From positions 96,001 through 160,000 of the forward strand of contig JAKSOL010000002.1 of assembly GCA_024405635.1 (NCBI GenBank): a stretch of 64,000 nucleotides of DNA, in the 5' to 3' direction. Made by a program: the position numbers and the translations under genes. A model generated the notes under the pieces. The model was not told where the DNA came from. It made no database searches and saw only the letters and a program-made list of their open reading frames with translations. Source of the DNA: Salinivirgaceae bacterium (GTDB lineage Bacteria > Bacteroidota > Bacteroidia > Bacteroidales > SZUA-534). Of the stretch, positions 19,960 to 31,339 are shown one piece after another (the stretch's first letter is position 1; each line of letters begins with the position of its first letter).

Positions 19960-20955
19960 ATGAAAAAACTATTTGCTTATATATTTCTTTTGTTTGCTTT
20001 GGTATCATGCAACACTTCGCGCTTTGCATATTTTGCAAGCGATGGCTTTATTCAAGGCACTACATATCATATTGTATATGAGTATAATGCTGATTTGAGC
20101 TCCGAAATAAATTACCAGCTTCATAAATTTGACACATCGCTAAGCGCGTATATTCCCCAATCAACAATAAGTAAGGTGAACAATAACCAAATTGTAACAT
20201 CTACTGATACTTTGTTTTTACGTTGCTTATGCCGTTCTCTTGAAATTTCAGAATTGACCAAAGGCGCATTTGATATAACAGTTAGCCCAATTGTAAATGT
20301 GTGGGGATTTGGCTTTAGCAAACGGCAGGCAGTATCGCAACAAATGATTGATAGCCTTAAACAGTTTATTGGCTACAAAAAAATACGCATAAGTGGCGAT
20401 AGCGTGATTAAAGATATACCGCAACTGCAACTTAATGCTAATGCTATTGCGCAAGGATTGTCGTGCGATTACATAGCCGAATTATTCCAACGGAAGGGCA
20501 TTGATAATTATATGGTAGAGATTGGCGGCGAAGTAATAGCACGTGGAGTTAACTCGCGTGGCATGCCATGGCGCATTGGCATCGATAAACCAATTGATGA
20601 TAGCACAGCATCGCACCGAGAGTTGCAAGAAATTGTGGCGCTTAATGGTCGAAGCCTTTGTACTTCAGGTAATTATCGAAAGTTTTATGTTGAAGATGGC
20701 GTAAAATATTCGCACACAATTAATCCCAAGACAGGCTATCCAGCAAAAAATAAACTGTTGAGTGCATCAATAATGGGAACCGATTGTATGTCGGCCGATG
20801 CAATTGCAACATCGTGTATGGTGTTGGGCGAGGAGGCTGCGGTTGAGTTGTGCGATTCGTTGCCTGAAATAGAATACTATTTTATTTATACTGATGATGA
20901 TGGCGAACTACAGACAAAAATGTCGGCCGGGTTTGCTGATGCACTAATCAAATAA
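19960..20955 (+). CDS. apbE: FAD:protein FMN transferase (ApbE lipoprotein)
   Basis: Lipobox LVSC, QGTTYHI, GAFDITV, NAIAQG, EIGGE, TSGNYR, SHTINPKTG, ADAIAT. Confidence 0.92.
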   Translation: MKKLFAYIFLLFALVSCNTSRFAYFASDGFIQGTTYHIVYEYNADLSSEINYQLHKFDTSLSAYIPQSTISKVNNNQIVTSTDTLFLRCLCRSLEISELTKGAFDITVSPIVNVWGFGFSKRQAVSQQMIDSLKQFIGYKKIRISGDSVIKDIPQLQLNANAIAQGLSCDYIAELFQRKGIDNYMVEIGGEVIARGVNSRGMPWRIGIDKPIDDSTASHRELQEIVALNGRSLCTSGNYRKFYVEDGVKYSHTINPKTGYPAKNKLLSASIMGTDCMSADAIATSCMVLGEEAAVELCDSLPEIEYYFIYTDDDGELQTKMSAGFADALIK

Positions 20956-21018
20956 CGAGAGAGCAAGTTAATTGACTTATGTTGTTGCTTTTTCACATAA
21001 GCCCCAATTAAACAGGTG

Positions 21019-21597
21019 CTATTCTTGCTTTCCTTTTTCTTTTAGGTAGCAACTACGGCAAAGAGGTTCGTAAAGGTCGGTTTCGCCCAAAAGAACAAGT
21101 CGGTCAGTGTTGGTTAACCGGTGCGAGTATTGAGCAAGGTTGCCGCATTTAACGCAAATGGCATGCACTTTGGTAACTTCTTCGGCTACGGCCATTAGTT
21201 TGGGCATTGGGCCAAAAGGCTCGCCTTTGTAATCCATGTCCAAGCCGGCAACAATAACACGAATGCCTCTGTCAGCTAGTTGGTTGCATACTTCGTAAAG
21301 CGACTCGTCAAGAAATTGAGCTTCGTCTATTCCAACTACATCAACATCGGTGGCAAGTAGTAAAATATTGCGCGGACTATCAATCGGAGTAGATCTGATT
21401 GAATTATCGTCGTGCGACACAACATCAACCTCTGAATAGCGCACATCAATTGCAGGTTTGAAAATTTCAACCTTTTGTTTTGCAAATTGGGCACGTTTTA
21501 ATCGGCGGATTAGTTCCTCAGTTTTACCCGAAAACATCGACCCGCAAATTACCTCAATACAACCGCGGCGCTCAAGCCTATTACCTTCTGAAAACAT
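21019..21597 (-). CDS. tdk: Thymidine kinase
   Basis: [21 protein letters not shown], CxxC...LCRSC zinc site; start set at ATG 21597. Confidence 0.96.
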   Translation of the reverse strand: MFSEGNRLERRGCIEVICGSMFSGKTEELIRRLKRAQFAKQKVEIFKPAIDVRYSEVDVVSHDDNSIRSTPIDSPRNILLLATDVDVVGIDEAQFLDESLYEVCNQLADRGIRVIVAGLDMDYKGEPFGPMPKLMAVAEEVTKVHAICVKCGNLAQYSHRLTNTDRLVLLGETDLYEPLCRSCYLKEKGKQE

Positions 21598-21672
21598 ATA
21601 AACTAAAAAAAGCAAGCGTTGTGCGTTTTGCCTACATTGATTACTTTTGGCAAAATAAACATAAAGCCGACA

Positions 21673-22530
21673 ATGCAAGCGCAAAATCTTATTAAAATAA
21701 TAAAGGCTGAAGCTACCGTGCTAACTGCCTTAATTGATAATCTTCCAGATGACGGACAAATTCAGCAATTTGAAGTGGATATGCTGATTGGTAAAATACA
21801 GTCGTTGAACAACATAGCATCGCATTTGCAAGCTGCCTCAGAGCCGCAACCAGTGCAAGTTAAAACACCTGTTGTTGAACCCGTTAAACAATTGGAACCA
21901 GAAGTAAAAGTTGCTGAACCAAAGCAAGTTGAGCAAAACATTGTTGTAGAACCAGTGGCTGAAAAAGTTGTGGAGGAAGAAAAACCTACTGTTGCTACAA
22001 TAATTGAAGACAATATAGACGAGGTTGAAGTTTCTACTTCCGAATTTGATTTAGTTGATGTTGAGACTGAACAAGTTGTTGAAAAAGAGGAAGCGCCAAC
22101 GTTGCAACCGCAGCCAGTTGAAAAAACGGCAGCAGTAATTGAATCTACAAATGTTGCAAATACTGTCGATTCGGCAGTTAAGACCGAGACAAAACCAACA
22201 TCGACATTGGCAGATGCATATTTGAAAAATGCACGCTCGGTTAACGATGTTTTGGCAGGAATAGAAAAACGCCGCAGTTTAGCTTCTCAGTTTTCGCGTC
22301 GTCCAATAACTAATTTACGTCAAAGTATAGCAATAAACGACCGCATTCGTTTTATAAACCAATTGTTTGGTCGCGACAACATACTGTATCAGCAAACACT
22401 TGATAATATTGAAAAATCGGCCAATATTGACGACGCTCTAAAGATGCTTTTTAGTCAATTTAATTGGAACCAAGAAGAAGAAACTGTTGCCGATTTTCTT
22501 GAATTGGTTTATCTCCGTTTTTCAAAATAA
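21673..22530 (+). CDS. Hypothetical protein with a low-complexity E/V/P linker and a helical C-terminal domain
   Basis: Long ORF ending 6 bp before rsmI; C-terminal [18 protein letters not shown] resembles a Bacteroidota-conserved family. Confidence 0.75.
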   Translation: MQAQNLIKIIKAEATVLTALIDNLPDDGQIQQFEVDMLIGKIQSLNNIASHLQAASEPQPVQVKTPVVEPVKQLEPEVKVAEPKQVEQNIVVEPVAEKVVEEEKPTVATIIEDNIDEVEVSTSEFDLVDVETEQVVEKEEAPTLQPQPVEKTAAVIESTNVANTVDSAVKTETKPTSTLADAYLKNARSVNDVLAGIEKRRSLASQFSRRPITNLRQSIAINDRIRFINQLFGRDNILYQQTLDNIEKSANIDDALKMLFSQFNWNQEEETVADFLELVYLRFSK

Positions 22531-22536
22531 TCGTAT

Positions 22537-23211
22537 ATGGGAAAACTCTATTTGGTGCCTACACCAATTGGTAACCTTGAGGACATAACGCTAAGAGCCC
22601 TACGGTTGCTTAAAGAGGCCGATTTTATTATGGCCGAAGATACCCGCACAACAAGTTTTTTGCTGTCGCATTACGAAATAAAGAACCATCTAATACCTTT
22701 TCATAAATTTAACGAGCATCAGCACGTTGAAGGCTATGTTCAACGAATAAAAGAGAGCGAAACTGCCGTTTTAGTTAGTGACGCAGGTACTCCAGGTATT
22801 TCAGATCCCGGTTATTTGCTAGTGCGCCATTGCCTTGATAACGATGTAGAGGTAGAATGTTTGCCTGGTGCAACTGCAGTTATTCCTGCTGTGGTAAATA
22901 GTGGTTTTGCAAACGATCGCTTTTGCTTTGAAGGCTTTTTGCCACAAAAGAAAGGTCGTCAAAAAAGACTAGATAACGTAAAAGACGAAACAAGAACAAT
23001 GGTGTTTTATGAATCACCATTTCGTTTGGTAAAGACTCTTGAACAATTTGCTGAGACCTTTGGCGCCGAAAGGCTTGTGTGCGTTAGCCGTGAATTGACA
23101 AAAATGCACGAGGAAAATTTTAGAGGAACAATGACCGACGCCATTGAGCACTTTAAATCAAAAACAGTAAAGGGCGAAATAGTGATTGTGGTTAATGGTG
23201 CCGATGATTGA
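22537..23211 (+). CDS. rsmI: 16S rRNA (cytidine1402-2'-O)-methyltransferase
   Basis: LYLVPTPIGNLEDIT, AEDTR, VSDAGTPGISDPG, YESPFR, RELTK. Confidence 0.96.
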   Translation: MGKLYLVPTPIGNLEDITLRALRLLKEADFIMAEDTRTTSFLLSHYEIKNHLIPFHKFNEHQHVEGYVQRIKESETAVLVSDAGTPGISDPGYLLVRHCLDNDVEVECLPGATAVIPAVVNSGFANDRFCFEGFLPQKKGRQKRLDNVKDETRTMVFYESPFRLVKTLEQFAETFGAERLVCVSRELTKMHEENFRGTMTDAIEHFKSKTVKGEIVIVVNGADD

Positions 23212-23297
23212 TATTAAGTATCAGATATTTGCATTTATTTTTTGAAAAATATCAAAAAAAATAAGATTTTTGCGAATTGTAACAAAAACGTATTCTA

Positions 23298-24032
23298 ATG
23301 AATAAATTCATTTCGATTATCTGCACATTGTGCTTTGCTATGTTGTTGTCGTTCAGTGTATCAGCACAAACAATAAAGGGAAATGGAAAACTAAAAACCG
23401 ATGTTAAGGTTTTATCTGGTTTTAATAAAGTTGTTGCGCAAGGCAACTTTGAATTATACCTTTCTCAAGAAGAAGGTGAATGCGTAAAAATTGAGGCAGA
23501 CGAAAATCTTATTGACCTTTTTCAAACATCGGTAGTAAACGGATCGTTGTTTATTATCCTTTCAGCCGACATTAAAAAAACTTCTAAAATAACAGTAACA
23601 GTTGCTTTTCGCGATTTAGACGAGGTTACATTACTTAACCAAGTGTCGCTAAAAACAAGCAAGGTTTTAAATTTTGACGACCTAATTCTTACATGCGCCG
23701 ATCAGTCGCGTGCAGACATTGAGGTTATGGCTTCAAATTTTGTAACAAACTTTGTAGATGGTAGTTACGCTGCCATTAAAGGTTATTCTGAAAAACTTAC
23801 TGTTAATGCAGGTGACGAGTCGGAAATACTTTTGTTTGATCTTCAAACTGATGAATGTATAGTTAATGCGTCAGGATATTCGGAGGTGTCAGTTAACGCC
23901 AAAAAAACTATTCAACCTCGTGTTAGTGGACATTCAAGTCTCTATTACATGGGCGATGCAAAGGTTAAGAATCGCCAATTTTCAAGCTCTGGTTTTATTG
24001 TGAAACGTAAGGTTGGAGCTTCCAAAAAGTAG
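23298..24032 (+). CDS. Secreted DUF2807/head-GIN domain protein
   Basis: Signal peptide, IKGNG, EADENLI, beta-solenoid repeats (VNASGYSEVSV, SGHSSLYYMG). Confidence 0.75.
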   Translation: MNKFISIICTLCFAMLLSFSVSAQTIKGNGKLKTDVKVLSGFNKVVAQGNFELYLSQEEGECVKIEADENLIDLFQTSVVNGSLFIILSADIKKTSKITVTVAFRDLDEVTLLNQVSLKTSKVLNFDDLILTCADQSRADIEVMASNFVTNFVDGSYAAIKGYSEKLTVNAGDESEILLFDLQTDECIVNASGYSEVSVNAKKTIQPRVSGHSSLYYMGDAKVKNRQFSSSGFIVKRKVGASKK

Positions 24033-24053
24033 TTGCAATAGTTTCGATGATAT

Positions 24054-24086
24054 AAAAAAGGGCTGTCCTTTTGGACGGCCCTTTTT
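24054..24086. terminator. Bidirectional terminator between convergent genes
   Basis: A6-GGGCTGTCC-TTTT-GGACGGCCC-T5. Confidence 0.85.
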
Positions 24087-24108
24087 GTTATTGGTTAAGT
24101 ATATTGTG

Positions 24109-25278
24109 CTATTCGCCAAACTGGTCGCGTTTGCTACCTTCGTAGATGCTGAATTTACGGAAAGTACATTCAAGAGGCCCATTGAATAGTTTTATTTTTC
24201 TTTCGGGGTGAAGTCCCATATATTTCATGCACTCGGGATTGCTTCCAATAATCCAAGCAACACTGCCTAAGTAGTCAATTTTTAGTTTGTCGCTCATCTT
24301 GCGGTAAAAAATCTCCATGTCGCCAGGTTGAAGACGTTCTCCGTAAGGAGGATTAGTTACTACAGTAAGAGCCGATTTTGGTCGAGTGTCGAAAAAGTTG
24401 CAAACATGAACATCGACATGCTTTGATAAAAAGGCAGCACGAATGTTGTCTTTTGCAATGCGAACTGCTACTGGCGAAATGTCGCTGCCATAAATTTTGT
24501 ATTTGAATTCGGGAACATCAATATCCTCTTCGGTAATTTGCTCAAAAAGATCAGCGTCAAAGTCGTTCCATTTTTCAAAAGCAAATTGCGAGCGGTATGA
24601 GCCTGGTGCAATTCCGTAAGCCATCATTGCCGCCTCAATTAATATGGTACCCGATCCACACATAGGGTCCATTAGGTCCGATTGGCAATTCCATCCAGAA
24701 AGCATTAACATTCCAGCTGCAAGTACTTCGTTTATTGGCGCTTTGCCTCCGCTTTGTCGGTATCCGCGTTTAAAAAGAGGGTCGCCCGAACTGTTGAGCA
24801 ACACAGTTACGTGCTTTTCCGAAACGTGAACATCAATAGCTAAAGTTGGATTCATGGTGTCAACGTTGGGGCGTTTGTTTGTGCGACGGCGAAATTGGTC
24901 AACAATAGCATCTTTAGTTTTTAATGCTACATATTTTGAGTGGGTAAAAATCTTTGAATATGTTACTGCCGAAACCGATAGTGTGTCGTCAACTTTCATG
25001 TAGTTGGCCCAATTTATGGTTCCAATTCCTTTATAAAGTTCATCTTCGTTTGAAGCGTCAAACTCGGCAATAGGTTTCAAAATGCACAAGGCAGTGCGCA
25101 ATCGGTAGTTGGCACGGTACATCATAGCATTGTCGCCACTAAACGAAACGGCTCGGTTTAGTTTTTTTACATTCTTTGCACCAAGTTCGTTTAGCTCTTT
25201 TGCCAGCACGTCTTCTAATCCGGCAAATGTTTTGGCAATAAGTTGCAGACTATTGCCTGCGTTGTTTTGTTTTTTCAT
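24109..25278 (-). CDS. THUMP-domain SAM-dependent rRNA methyltransferase (RlmL/RlmK-like)
   Basis: SSGDPLFKRGYR, APINEVLAA, DPMCGSGTILIEA, NPPYGER. Confidence 0.9.
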   Translation of the reverse strand: MKKQNNAGNSLQLIAKTFAGLEDVLAKELNELGAKNVKKLNRAVSFSGDNAMMYRANYRLRTALCILKPIAEFDASNEDELYKGIGTINWANYMKVDDTLSVSAVTYSKIFTHSKYVALKTKDAIVDQFRRRTNKRPNVDTMNPTLAIDVHVSEKHVTVLLNSSGDPLFKRGYRQSGGKAPINEVLAAGMLMLSGWNCQSDLMDPMCGSGTILIEAAMMAYGIAPGSYRSQFAFEKWNDFDADLFEQITEEDIDVPEFKYKIYGSDISPVAVRIAKDNIRAAFLSKHVDVHVCNFFDTRPKSALTVVTNPPYGERLQPGDMEIFYRKMSDKLKIDYLGSVAWIIGSNPECMKYMGLHPERKIKLFNGPLECTFRKFSIYEGSKRDQFGE

Positions 25279-25459
25279 TATGAATTAATTTTTCGGGGAC
25301 AAAAATAACTAAAATGCCCAACAATAAAGGCTTTGGCACATTGCTTGTTGGGTGGATTTTAAGGCTATTTGAGTATTTTAGCCAACTCAATCAAAAACGC
25401 GATAAGTTATTTGTTTTTGTTTTTAGATTGTTAGATAACGAAATGTAAATCAATAAGAT

Positions 25460-26509
25460 ATGCAAAACGAAAAGAAAACCATTACTCCTCTTTCAGAGTT
25501 GGGCGAATTTGGCCTGATAAAACGATTGACTAAACCATTTGAGTGCAAAAACTCGTCAACAATTAAAGGAGTGGGCGATGATTGCGCAATTATTACTAGC
25601 GAAGGAAAACAACTTGTGGTAACAACCGATCTTTTGGTTGAAGGAATTCACTTTGATTTGGTTTACACCCCGTTGGCGCATTTGGGATACAAATCGGTAG
25701 CAGTTAACTTGTCTGATGTGTGTGCAATGGGAGCAATCCCAACACAAATAACAGTGTCGATAGCAGCATCGGCTAAATTTTCGGTAGAGTCGTTAGAACA
25801 ACTTTATGATGGCATTCGTCGTGCATGTAGCCGATACGATGTTGATCTTGTTGGCGGCGATACAACTAGTTCAATGACGGGGTTGGTTATTTGTATAACT
25901 GCAATTGGTCAAATTCCTGAAGGCAAGGCATCAATGCGAAGTGGAGCTAAAGTTGGCGATTTGATTTGCGTGTCGGGCGACCTTGGTGGCGCATACGCTG
26001 GTTTTCAAGTCTTGCAGCGCGAAAAAGAAGTGTTTATGGTAAACCCAAATTCGCAACCCGATTTGAAAAAATACGATTATGTGGTTGACCGTCAATTGAA
26101 ACCAGAACCTCGACTTGATGTGGTTCGCAAACTTATGGAATTGGGCATCCAACCACACTCTATGATTGATGTGAGCGATGGCTTGTCGTCAGAAATCTTA
26201 CATATTTGCGACCAATCAAACTGTGGAGCAAAAATATTTGAGAGCAAAATTCCAATTGATGCGCAAACCGAAATGGTGGCCGAGGAACTTAATTTGGATG
26301 CTACTATTTTTGCAATGAACGGAGGCGAGGATTATGAATTACTATTTACTATTGATGCCGCCGACCAATCGAAAATTGCACAGATGTTAGATTATGTTAC
26401 TATTATTGGTTACATAACCGAGGCTAGCGAGGGTTGCAAACTTATGGGCAAGGCTAGCGGCTGCATTGACATAGTAGCTCAAGGTTGGAATGCTTACAAA
26501 GCCGACTAA
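25460..26509 (+). CDS. thiL: Thiamine-monophosphate kinase
   Basis: GEFGLI, GDDCA, EGIHF, NLSDVCAMG, GGDT, DVSDGL, GGEDYEL. Confidence 0.96.
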   Translation: MQNEKKTITPLSELGEFGLIKRLTKPFECKNSSTIKGVGDDCAIITSEGKQLVVTTDLLVEGIHFDLVYTPLAHLGYKSVAVNLSDVCAMGAIPTQITVSIAASAKFSVESLEQLYDGIRRACSRYDVDLVGGDTTSSMTGLVICITAIGQIPEGKASMRSGAKVGDLICVSGDLGGAYAGFQVLQREKEVFMVNPNSQPDLKKYDYVVDRQLKPEPRLDVVRKLMELGIQPHSMIDVSDGLSSEILHICDQSNCGAKIFESKIPIDAQTEMVAEELNLDATIFAMNGGEDYELLFTIDAADQSKIAQMLDYVTIIGYITEASEGCKLMGKASGCIDIVAQGWNAYKAD

Positions 26510-26566
26510 TACGCTACACCTCCTACAATAAATTATATCTTTGCCAAAAATCATAAACCGTATATA

Positions 26567-27562
26567 ATGTTCGAATTAGGACGTATAGGCATTATTGGTG
26601 GCGGAAGTTGGGCCACTGCAATTGCCAAAATAGTGGAAGAAACTCCACAACCGCTTAACTGGTATATGCATGACCAAAATACCATAGAGCACATGAAAAA
26701 AATGGGCAATAACCCCATGTATTTGAGTTCTGTGGAATTTGATACTAAAAACCTTAACCTTACAAGCGACGTTAACGAGGTGGTGGCAAATAGTGATACA
26801 ATTTTGTTTGTTATTCCATCGGCTTATCTAAAAAGCGCACTGCAAGATTTAAAAGTGCCATTGGCAAACAAAACAGTAGTGTCGGCCATTAAAGGTATTG
26901 TACCCGACGAAAATCTGCTTGTAGGCGACTACCTGCATAAGTTTCATAAAGTGCCATATAACAACATAGGCATCATTACAGGCCCTTGCCATGCTGAAGA
27001 GATAGCTCTAGAGCGTTTGTCGTATATAACTGTTGCTTTTACTGAGGAAGAAAAAGCCGTTGCAGTTTCAAATATGTTGAAAAACAGATATGTGCGCACC
27101 ATTATCTCCGACGATATTTTGGGAACTGAATATGCTGCAGTATTGAAAAATATTTATGCACTTGCTGCTGGTGTTTGTTTAGGATTGGGCTACGGCGACA
27201 ACTTTATGGCGGTGCTAATTTCAAATGCTATTCGCGAAATGAAGCGCTTTACCGATAATGTTTATCCAATAAACCGCGATATTAAAGATAGTGCATATTT
27301 GGGCGATTTGCTTGTAACAGCATACTCACAATTCAGTCGAAATCGCTATTTCGGTACAATGATTGGTAAAGGTTATTCGGTTCAACACATAAAAGAAGAG
27401 ATGAATATGGTGGCCGAAGGCTATTTCGCATCAAAATGCATCTACGAGATAAATAAAAAACACAACGTTGATATGCCTATCGCTGAGTGCATTTACCATA
27501 TTTTGTACGAGGAAAAATCACCGCGATCAATGATTAAGGCATTGACAGAAAAACTATCGTAA
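26567..27562 (+). CDS. gpsA: NAD(P)H-dependent glycerol-3-phosphate dehydrogenase
   Basis: GGGSWATA, AIKG, GPCHAEE, LKNIYA, GDLLVT, SRNR, AEG. Confidence 0.95.
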   Translation: MFELGRIGIIGGGSWATAIAKIVEETPQPLNWYMHDQNTIEHMKKMGNNPMYLSSVEFDTKNLNLTSDVNEVVANSDTILFVIPSAYLKSALQDLKVPLANKTVVSAIKGIVPDENLLVGDYLHKFHKVPYNNIGIITGPCHAEEIALERLSYITVAFTEEEKAVAVSNMLKNRYVRTIISDDILGTEYAAVLKNIYALAAGVCLGLGYGDNFMAVLISNAIREMKRFTDNVYPINRDIKDSAYLGDLLVTAYSQFSRNRYFGTMIGKGYSVQHIKEEMNMVAEGYFASKCIYEINKKHNVDMPIAECIYHILYEEKSPRSMIKALTEKLS

Positions 27563-27591
27563 CAACTAACAATACTTAAGAATACTGCATT

Positions 27592-29238
27592 ATGCTACCA
27601 AATGTAAATCCAATGCATACCAATGCATGGAAAGAGTTGCAGAAATATTTTGCTGAGTTTAATGGAACTCACATGAAAGACCTTTTTGCTAAAGATGCTG
27701 CCCGTGCTGAAAAATACTCGTTGCAATTGGGCGATATTTTTGTCGATTACTCAAAAAACATTGTTGACGAAAAGGTGATGAGCCTTTTGTTTCAACTTGC
27801 TGAAGAGTGTGGACTGAAGGATGCTATTAAGGCGGAATTTACAGGCGAAAAAATCAATAAAACCGAAAATCGTTCTGTGTTGCACATAGCATTGCGCAAT
27901 CGCGACAGCAAACCAATTATGAGCGATGGCCAAGATGTAATGCCAGGAGTAAACCGTGTGTTAGCTCAAATGAAGGAGTTCTCAAATAAAATTATTTCTG
28001 GCGAGTGGAAAGGCTATACTGGCAAACCAATTACCGATGTTGTTAATGTTGGAATTGGTGGTTCCGATTTGGGTCCACTTATGGTGTGCGAGGCATTGAA
28101 ACCATATAAAACTCGCATAAACAACCACTTTGTGTCAAACATTGACGGCACTCACATGGCCGAAACTTTGAAAAAAGTTAATCCAGAAACCACACTATTC
28201 ATCATTGCTTCAAAAACATTTACCACACTTGAAACAATGACCAACGCAAACACTGCTAAACAATGGTTTCTTGAATCTGCAAAAGATGAAAAAGCGGTTG
28301 CAAAACATTTTGTAGCTCTTTCAACAAACGCCAAAGCTGTTGCCGATTTTGGTATCGATACCAAAAATATGTTTGAGTTTTGGGACTGGGTTGGTGGACG
28401 CTATTCGTTGTGGAGCGCAATAGGCCTTTCAATTTGCTGCTCAATAGGTTTTGATAATTACGAGCAATTGTTGACCGGTGCGTACGAAATGGACAAACAC
28501 TTTGCCGAGTCTGATTTCAACAAAAACATTCCAGTTATTTTGGCATTGATAGGTGTTTGGTACAATAATTTTTATGGAGCCGAAACCGAGGCTATTTTGC
28601 CTTACGACCAATATATGCACCGTTTTTCTGCATATTTCCAACAAGGTAATATGGAGAGCAATGGAAAATGTGTTGACCGCAATGGCAATAAGATTGATTA
28701 CCAAACAGGACCAATTATTTGGGGAGAGCCAGGAACCAACGGTCAGCATGCGTTTTATCAACTAATACACCAAGGTACCAAAATGATTCCTTGCGACTTT
28801 TTGGCACCAGCAATCTCTCAAAATCCAATTGGCGACCACCATGCAAAACTTTTGGCAAACTTTTTTGCTCAACCAGAAGCGTTGATGATGGGAAAAACTG
28901 AGGAGCAAGTAATTGCTGAATTCAAAAAAGAAGGCAAAACCGAAGACCAATACAAAGATCTTGTGGCTTATAAAGTGTTTAAAGGAAATATTCCCACAAA
29001 CTCAATTCTGTTTAAAAAATTGACACCCAAAGTGCTAGGATCGTTGATTGCAATGTATGAGCATAAGATATTTACACAAGGTATCATTTGGAATATTTTC
29101 AGTTTTGATCAATGGGGAGTTCAACTAGGTAAGCAACTTGCTAACGTTATTTTGCCAGAATTACAGAACGATGCAGAAGTAACATCGCACGATAGTTCAA
29201 CAAATGGCTTGATTAACAAGTACAAGGAAATGCGATAG
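27592..29238 (+). CDS. pgi: Glucose-6-phosphate isomerase
   Basis: [42 protein letters not shown]. Confidence 0.98.
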   Translation: MLPNVNPMHTNAWKELQKYFAEFNGTHMKDLFAKDAARAEKYSLQLGDIFVDYSKNIVDEKVMSLLFQLAEECGLKDAIKAEFTGEKINKTENRSVLHIALRNRDSKPIMSDGQDVMPGVNRVLAQMKEFSNKIISGEWKGYTGKPITDVVNVGIGGSDLGPLMVCEALKPYKTRINNHFVSNIDGTHMAETLKKVNPETTLFIIASKTFTTLETMTNANTAKQWFLESAKDEKAVAKHFVALSTNAKAVADFGIDTKNMFEFWDWVGGRYSLWSAIGLSICCSIGFDNYEQLLTGAYEMDKHFAESDFNKNIPVILALIGVWYNNFYGAETEAILPYDQYMHRFSAYFQQGNMESNGKCVDRNGNKIDYQTGPIIWGEPGTNGQHAFYQLIHQGTKMIPCDFLAPAISQNPIGDHHAKLLANFFAQPEALMMGKTEEQVIAEFKKEGKTEDQYKDLVAYKVFKGNIPTNSILFKKLTPKVLGSLIAMYEHKIFTQGIIWNIFSFDQWGVQLGKQLANVILPELQNDAEVTSHDSSTNGLINKYKEMR

Positions 29239-29258
29239 AGATTATTTACAATCAAAAT

Positions 29259-29292
29259 AAGAGCGCGTCAGTATTTACTGATGCGCTTTTTT
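29259..29292 (+). terminator. Terminator after pgi
   Basis: AGCGCGTCAGTA-TT-TACTGATGCGCT plus T-run. Confidence 0.75.
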
Positions 29293-29344
29293 ATTGTTCA
29301 GAAGGTTAGTAAAGGTTACTGCATTAATACGCATTAGGCAAATA

Positions 29345-29376
29345 AAAAAGCCCCGACGCAAGAGCATCGAGGCTTT
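29345..29376 (-). terminator. Terminator after nqrF
   Basis: Minus strand GCCTCGATGC...GCGTCGGGGC plus T6. Confidence 0.7.
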
Positions 29377-29396
29377 TATTTCGCAAGATATGATGA

Positions 29397-30668
29397 TTAT
29401 CCACCGAAGTTATCAAACATAATATCTTTTGGTTCAACACCAAGGCTATCAAGCAAATCAAGCACTGTTTTGGCCATCATCGGAGGACCGCACAAGTAGT
29501 ACTCAATGTCCTCAGGTGATTCATGTTGTTTCAAGTAAGTGTCGCCAAGAACTTGTGCAATGAAACCTGCGGTGTATTTAACTCCCAAGTTGTCGGCTTT
29601 TGGATCAGGACGGTCCAAAGCTAAGTGGAAATGGAAGTTTGGATACTCTTTCTCCAACTCAAGGAAGTCTTCCATAAAGAATACTTCGTCAATAGCACGA
29701 GCACCATAGAAGTAGTGCATTTCGCGGTCGCGAGTATGAAGAGTTTTAAGCATGTGCATAATTTGAGCACGCAAAGGAGCCATACCGGCACCACCACCAA
29801 CCCAAATCATCTCTTTCTTCGAATCGAAACGTGGGTGGAAATCTCCGTAAGGTCCGCTCATGATAACCTTGTCGCCAGGTTTTAATGAGAAGATGTAGGT
29901 AGATGCAATACCACATGGCACGTCTTGGAATCCAGGACCTTGCTCTTTTGGTTTGAAAGGAGGTGTTGCAATACGTACAGTCAAGGTGATGATATCACCC
30001 TCGTCTGGGTAGTTGGCCATAGAGTATGCACGTATTGTAGCATCGGTGTTCTTTTGTTTAAGATTGAACAAACCGAATTTTTCCCATACAGGCACATAAA
30101 GGTCGCCAATTAGGCTGCGATCAAAGTCCGCATAGTTAAGGTCATACTCTGGAATTTTGATTTGAGCGTACGAACCTGGAACAAAGTCCATGTGTTCGCC
30201 AGCAGGCAATTTAACCTTAAACTCTTTGATAAACGAAGCAACGTTTTTGTTAGAGATAACTTCGCACTCCCATTCTTTAACGCCAAGAACTGACTCTGGA
30301 ACCTTAATGTCAAGGTCGCCTTTAACCTTAACTTGGCAACCCAAGCGCCAGTGGTCTTGTTGTTGTTTACGGGTGAAGTGTCCTTTTTCTGAATCAAGAA
30401 TTTCGCCTCCGCCTTTAATAACTTGGCATTTGCATTGACCGCAAGAACCTTTACCACCGCAAGCCGAAGGAAGGAACAAACCTTCGTTGGCAAGAGTGCT
30501 AAGTAGGCTAGAGCCTTGGTCGGCCTCTACAACTTTGTCGCCATTGATAGTAATTTTAACCTTGCCTGAAGGGGTAAGGTAGCGTTTTGCAATCAACAGG
30601 ATTGCTACAAGCAAGAGAATAATAACGAGGAAAACCCCGATGCTTGCTAATATTAAATTGATATCCAT
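29397..30668 (-). CDS. nqrF: Na+-translocating NADH:quinone reductase subunit F
   Basis: 2Fe-2S motif CGGKGSCGQC..RLGCQ, RAYSMAN, GGGAGMAP, CGPP, DNFG. Confidence 0.97.
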   Translation of the reverse strand: MDINLILASIGVFLVIILLLVAILLIAKRYLTPSGKVKITINGDKVVEADQGSSLLSTLANEGLFLPSACGGKGSCGQCKCQVIKGGGEILDSEKGHFTRKQQQDHWRLGCQVKVKGDLDIKVPESVLGVKEWECEVISNKNVASFIKEFKVKLPAGEHMDFVPGSYAQIKIPEYDLNYADFDRSLIGDLYVPVWEKFGLFNLKQKNTDATIRAYSMANYPDEGDIITLTVRIATPPFKPKEQGPGFQDVPCGIASTYIFSLKPGDKVIMSGPYGDFHPRFDSKKEMIWVGGGAGMAPLRAQIMHMLKTLHTRDREMHYFYGARAIDEVFFMEDFLELEKEYPNFHFHLALDRPDPKADNLGVKYTAGFIAQVLGDTYLKQHESPEDIEYYLCGPPMMAKTVLDLLDSLGVEPKDIMFDNFGG

Positions 30669-30689
30669 TGTTGTTATGCTTTTTTACAA

Positions 30690-31316
30690 TTATAGTTTAA
30701 GACCCGAAAAACACATAAATGACATTGCCATTAAACCTACGACAATGAAAGTGATGCCGAGTCCGCGTAGTGCAGCTGGGACGTGCGAGTATGCCATTTT
30801 TTCACGAATAGCAGCCAACGCAACAATAGCCATCAACCAACCAATGCCCGAGCCAAGTGCATAACCAATAGCATCAACAACACCGCCAATATATTTGGGG
30901 TCGGTAGCGTCAAGGCCAATGCGTTGTTGCATAAACAACGATGCACCCATAATTGCGCAGTTTACAGCAATAAGTGGAAGGAAAATACCAAGCGATGCGT
31001 ACAACGATGGTGCGAAACGCTCAACAACCATTTCAACCAATTGCACAATACCTGCAATTACGGCAATGAATAGAATGAATCCCAAGAAACTAAGGTCAAC
31101 TCCTTTAATTAAGCAGTCAGGACCTAGAACTTTGGTTTGCAAAAGGTAGTTTACAGGAAGTGTAACCACCAACACAAATATTACAGCCAAACCCAAGCCT
31201 AATGCAGTCTTAACAGTTTTTGATACTGCCAAGTACGAGCACATGCCTAGGAAGAAGGCGAATATCATATTGTCCACAAAAATAGAGCGGACAAATAGGT
31301 TCAAAAAATTATCCAT
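30690..31316 (-). CDS. nqrE: Na+-NQR subunit E
   Basis: [20 protein letters not shown], operon position. Confidence 0.95.
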   Translation of the reverse strand: MDNFLNLFVRSIFVDNMIFAFFLGMCSYLAVSKTVKTALGLGLAVIFVLVVTLPVNYLLQTKVLGPDCLIKGVDLSFLGFILFIAVIAGIVQLVEMVVERFAPSLYASLGIFLPLIAVNCAIMGASLFMQQRIGLDATDPKYIGGVVDAIGYALGSGIGWLMAIVALAAIREKMAYSHVPAALRGLGITFIVVGLMAMSFMCFSGLKL

Positions 31317-31339
31317 ATTAGTATCTCTGTTTTAAGTGG

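Noticed and set aside
25317-25352. CCCAACAA/TTGTTGGG inverted repeat upstream of thiL as a possible TPP riboswitch
   Set aside because: No CTGAGA or other TPP core motifs; only an 8-bp stem in a divergent promoter region.
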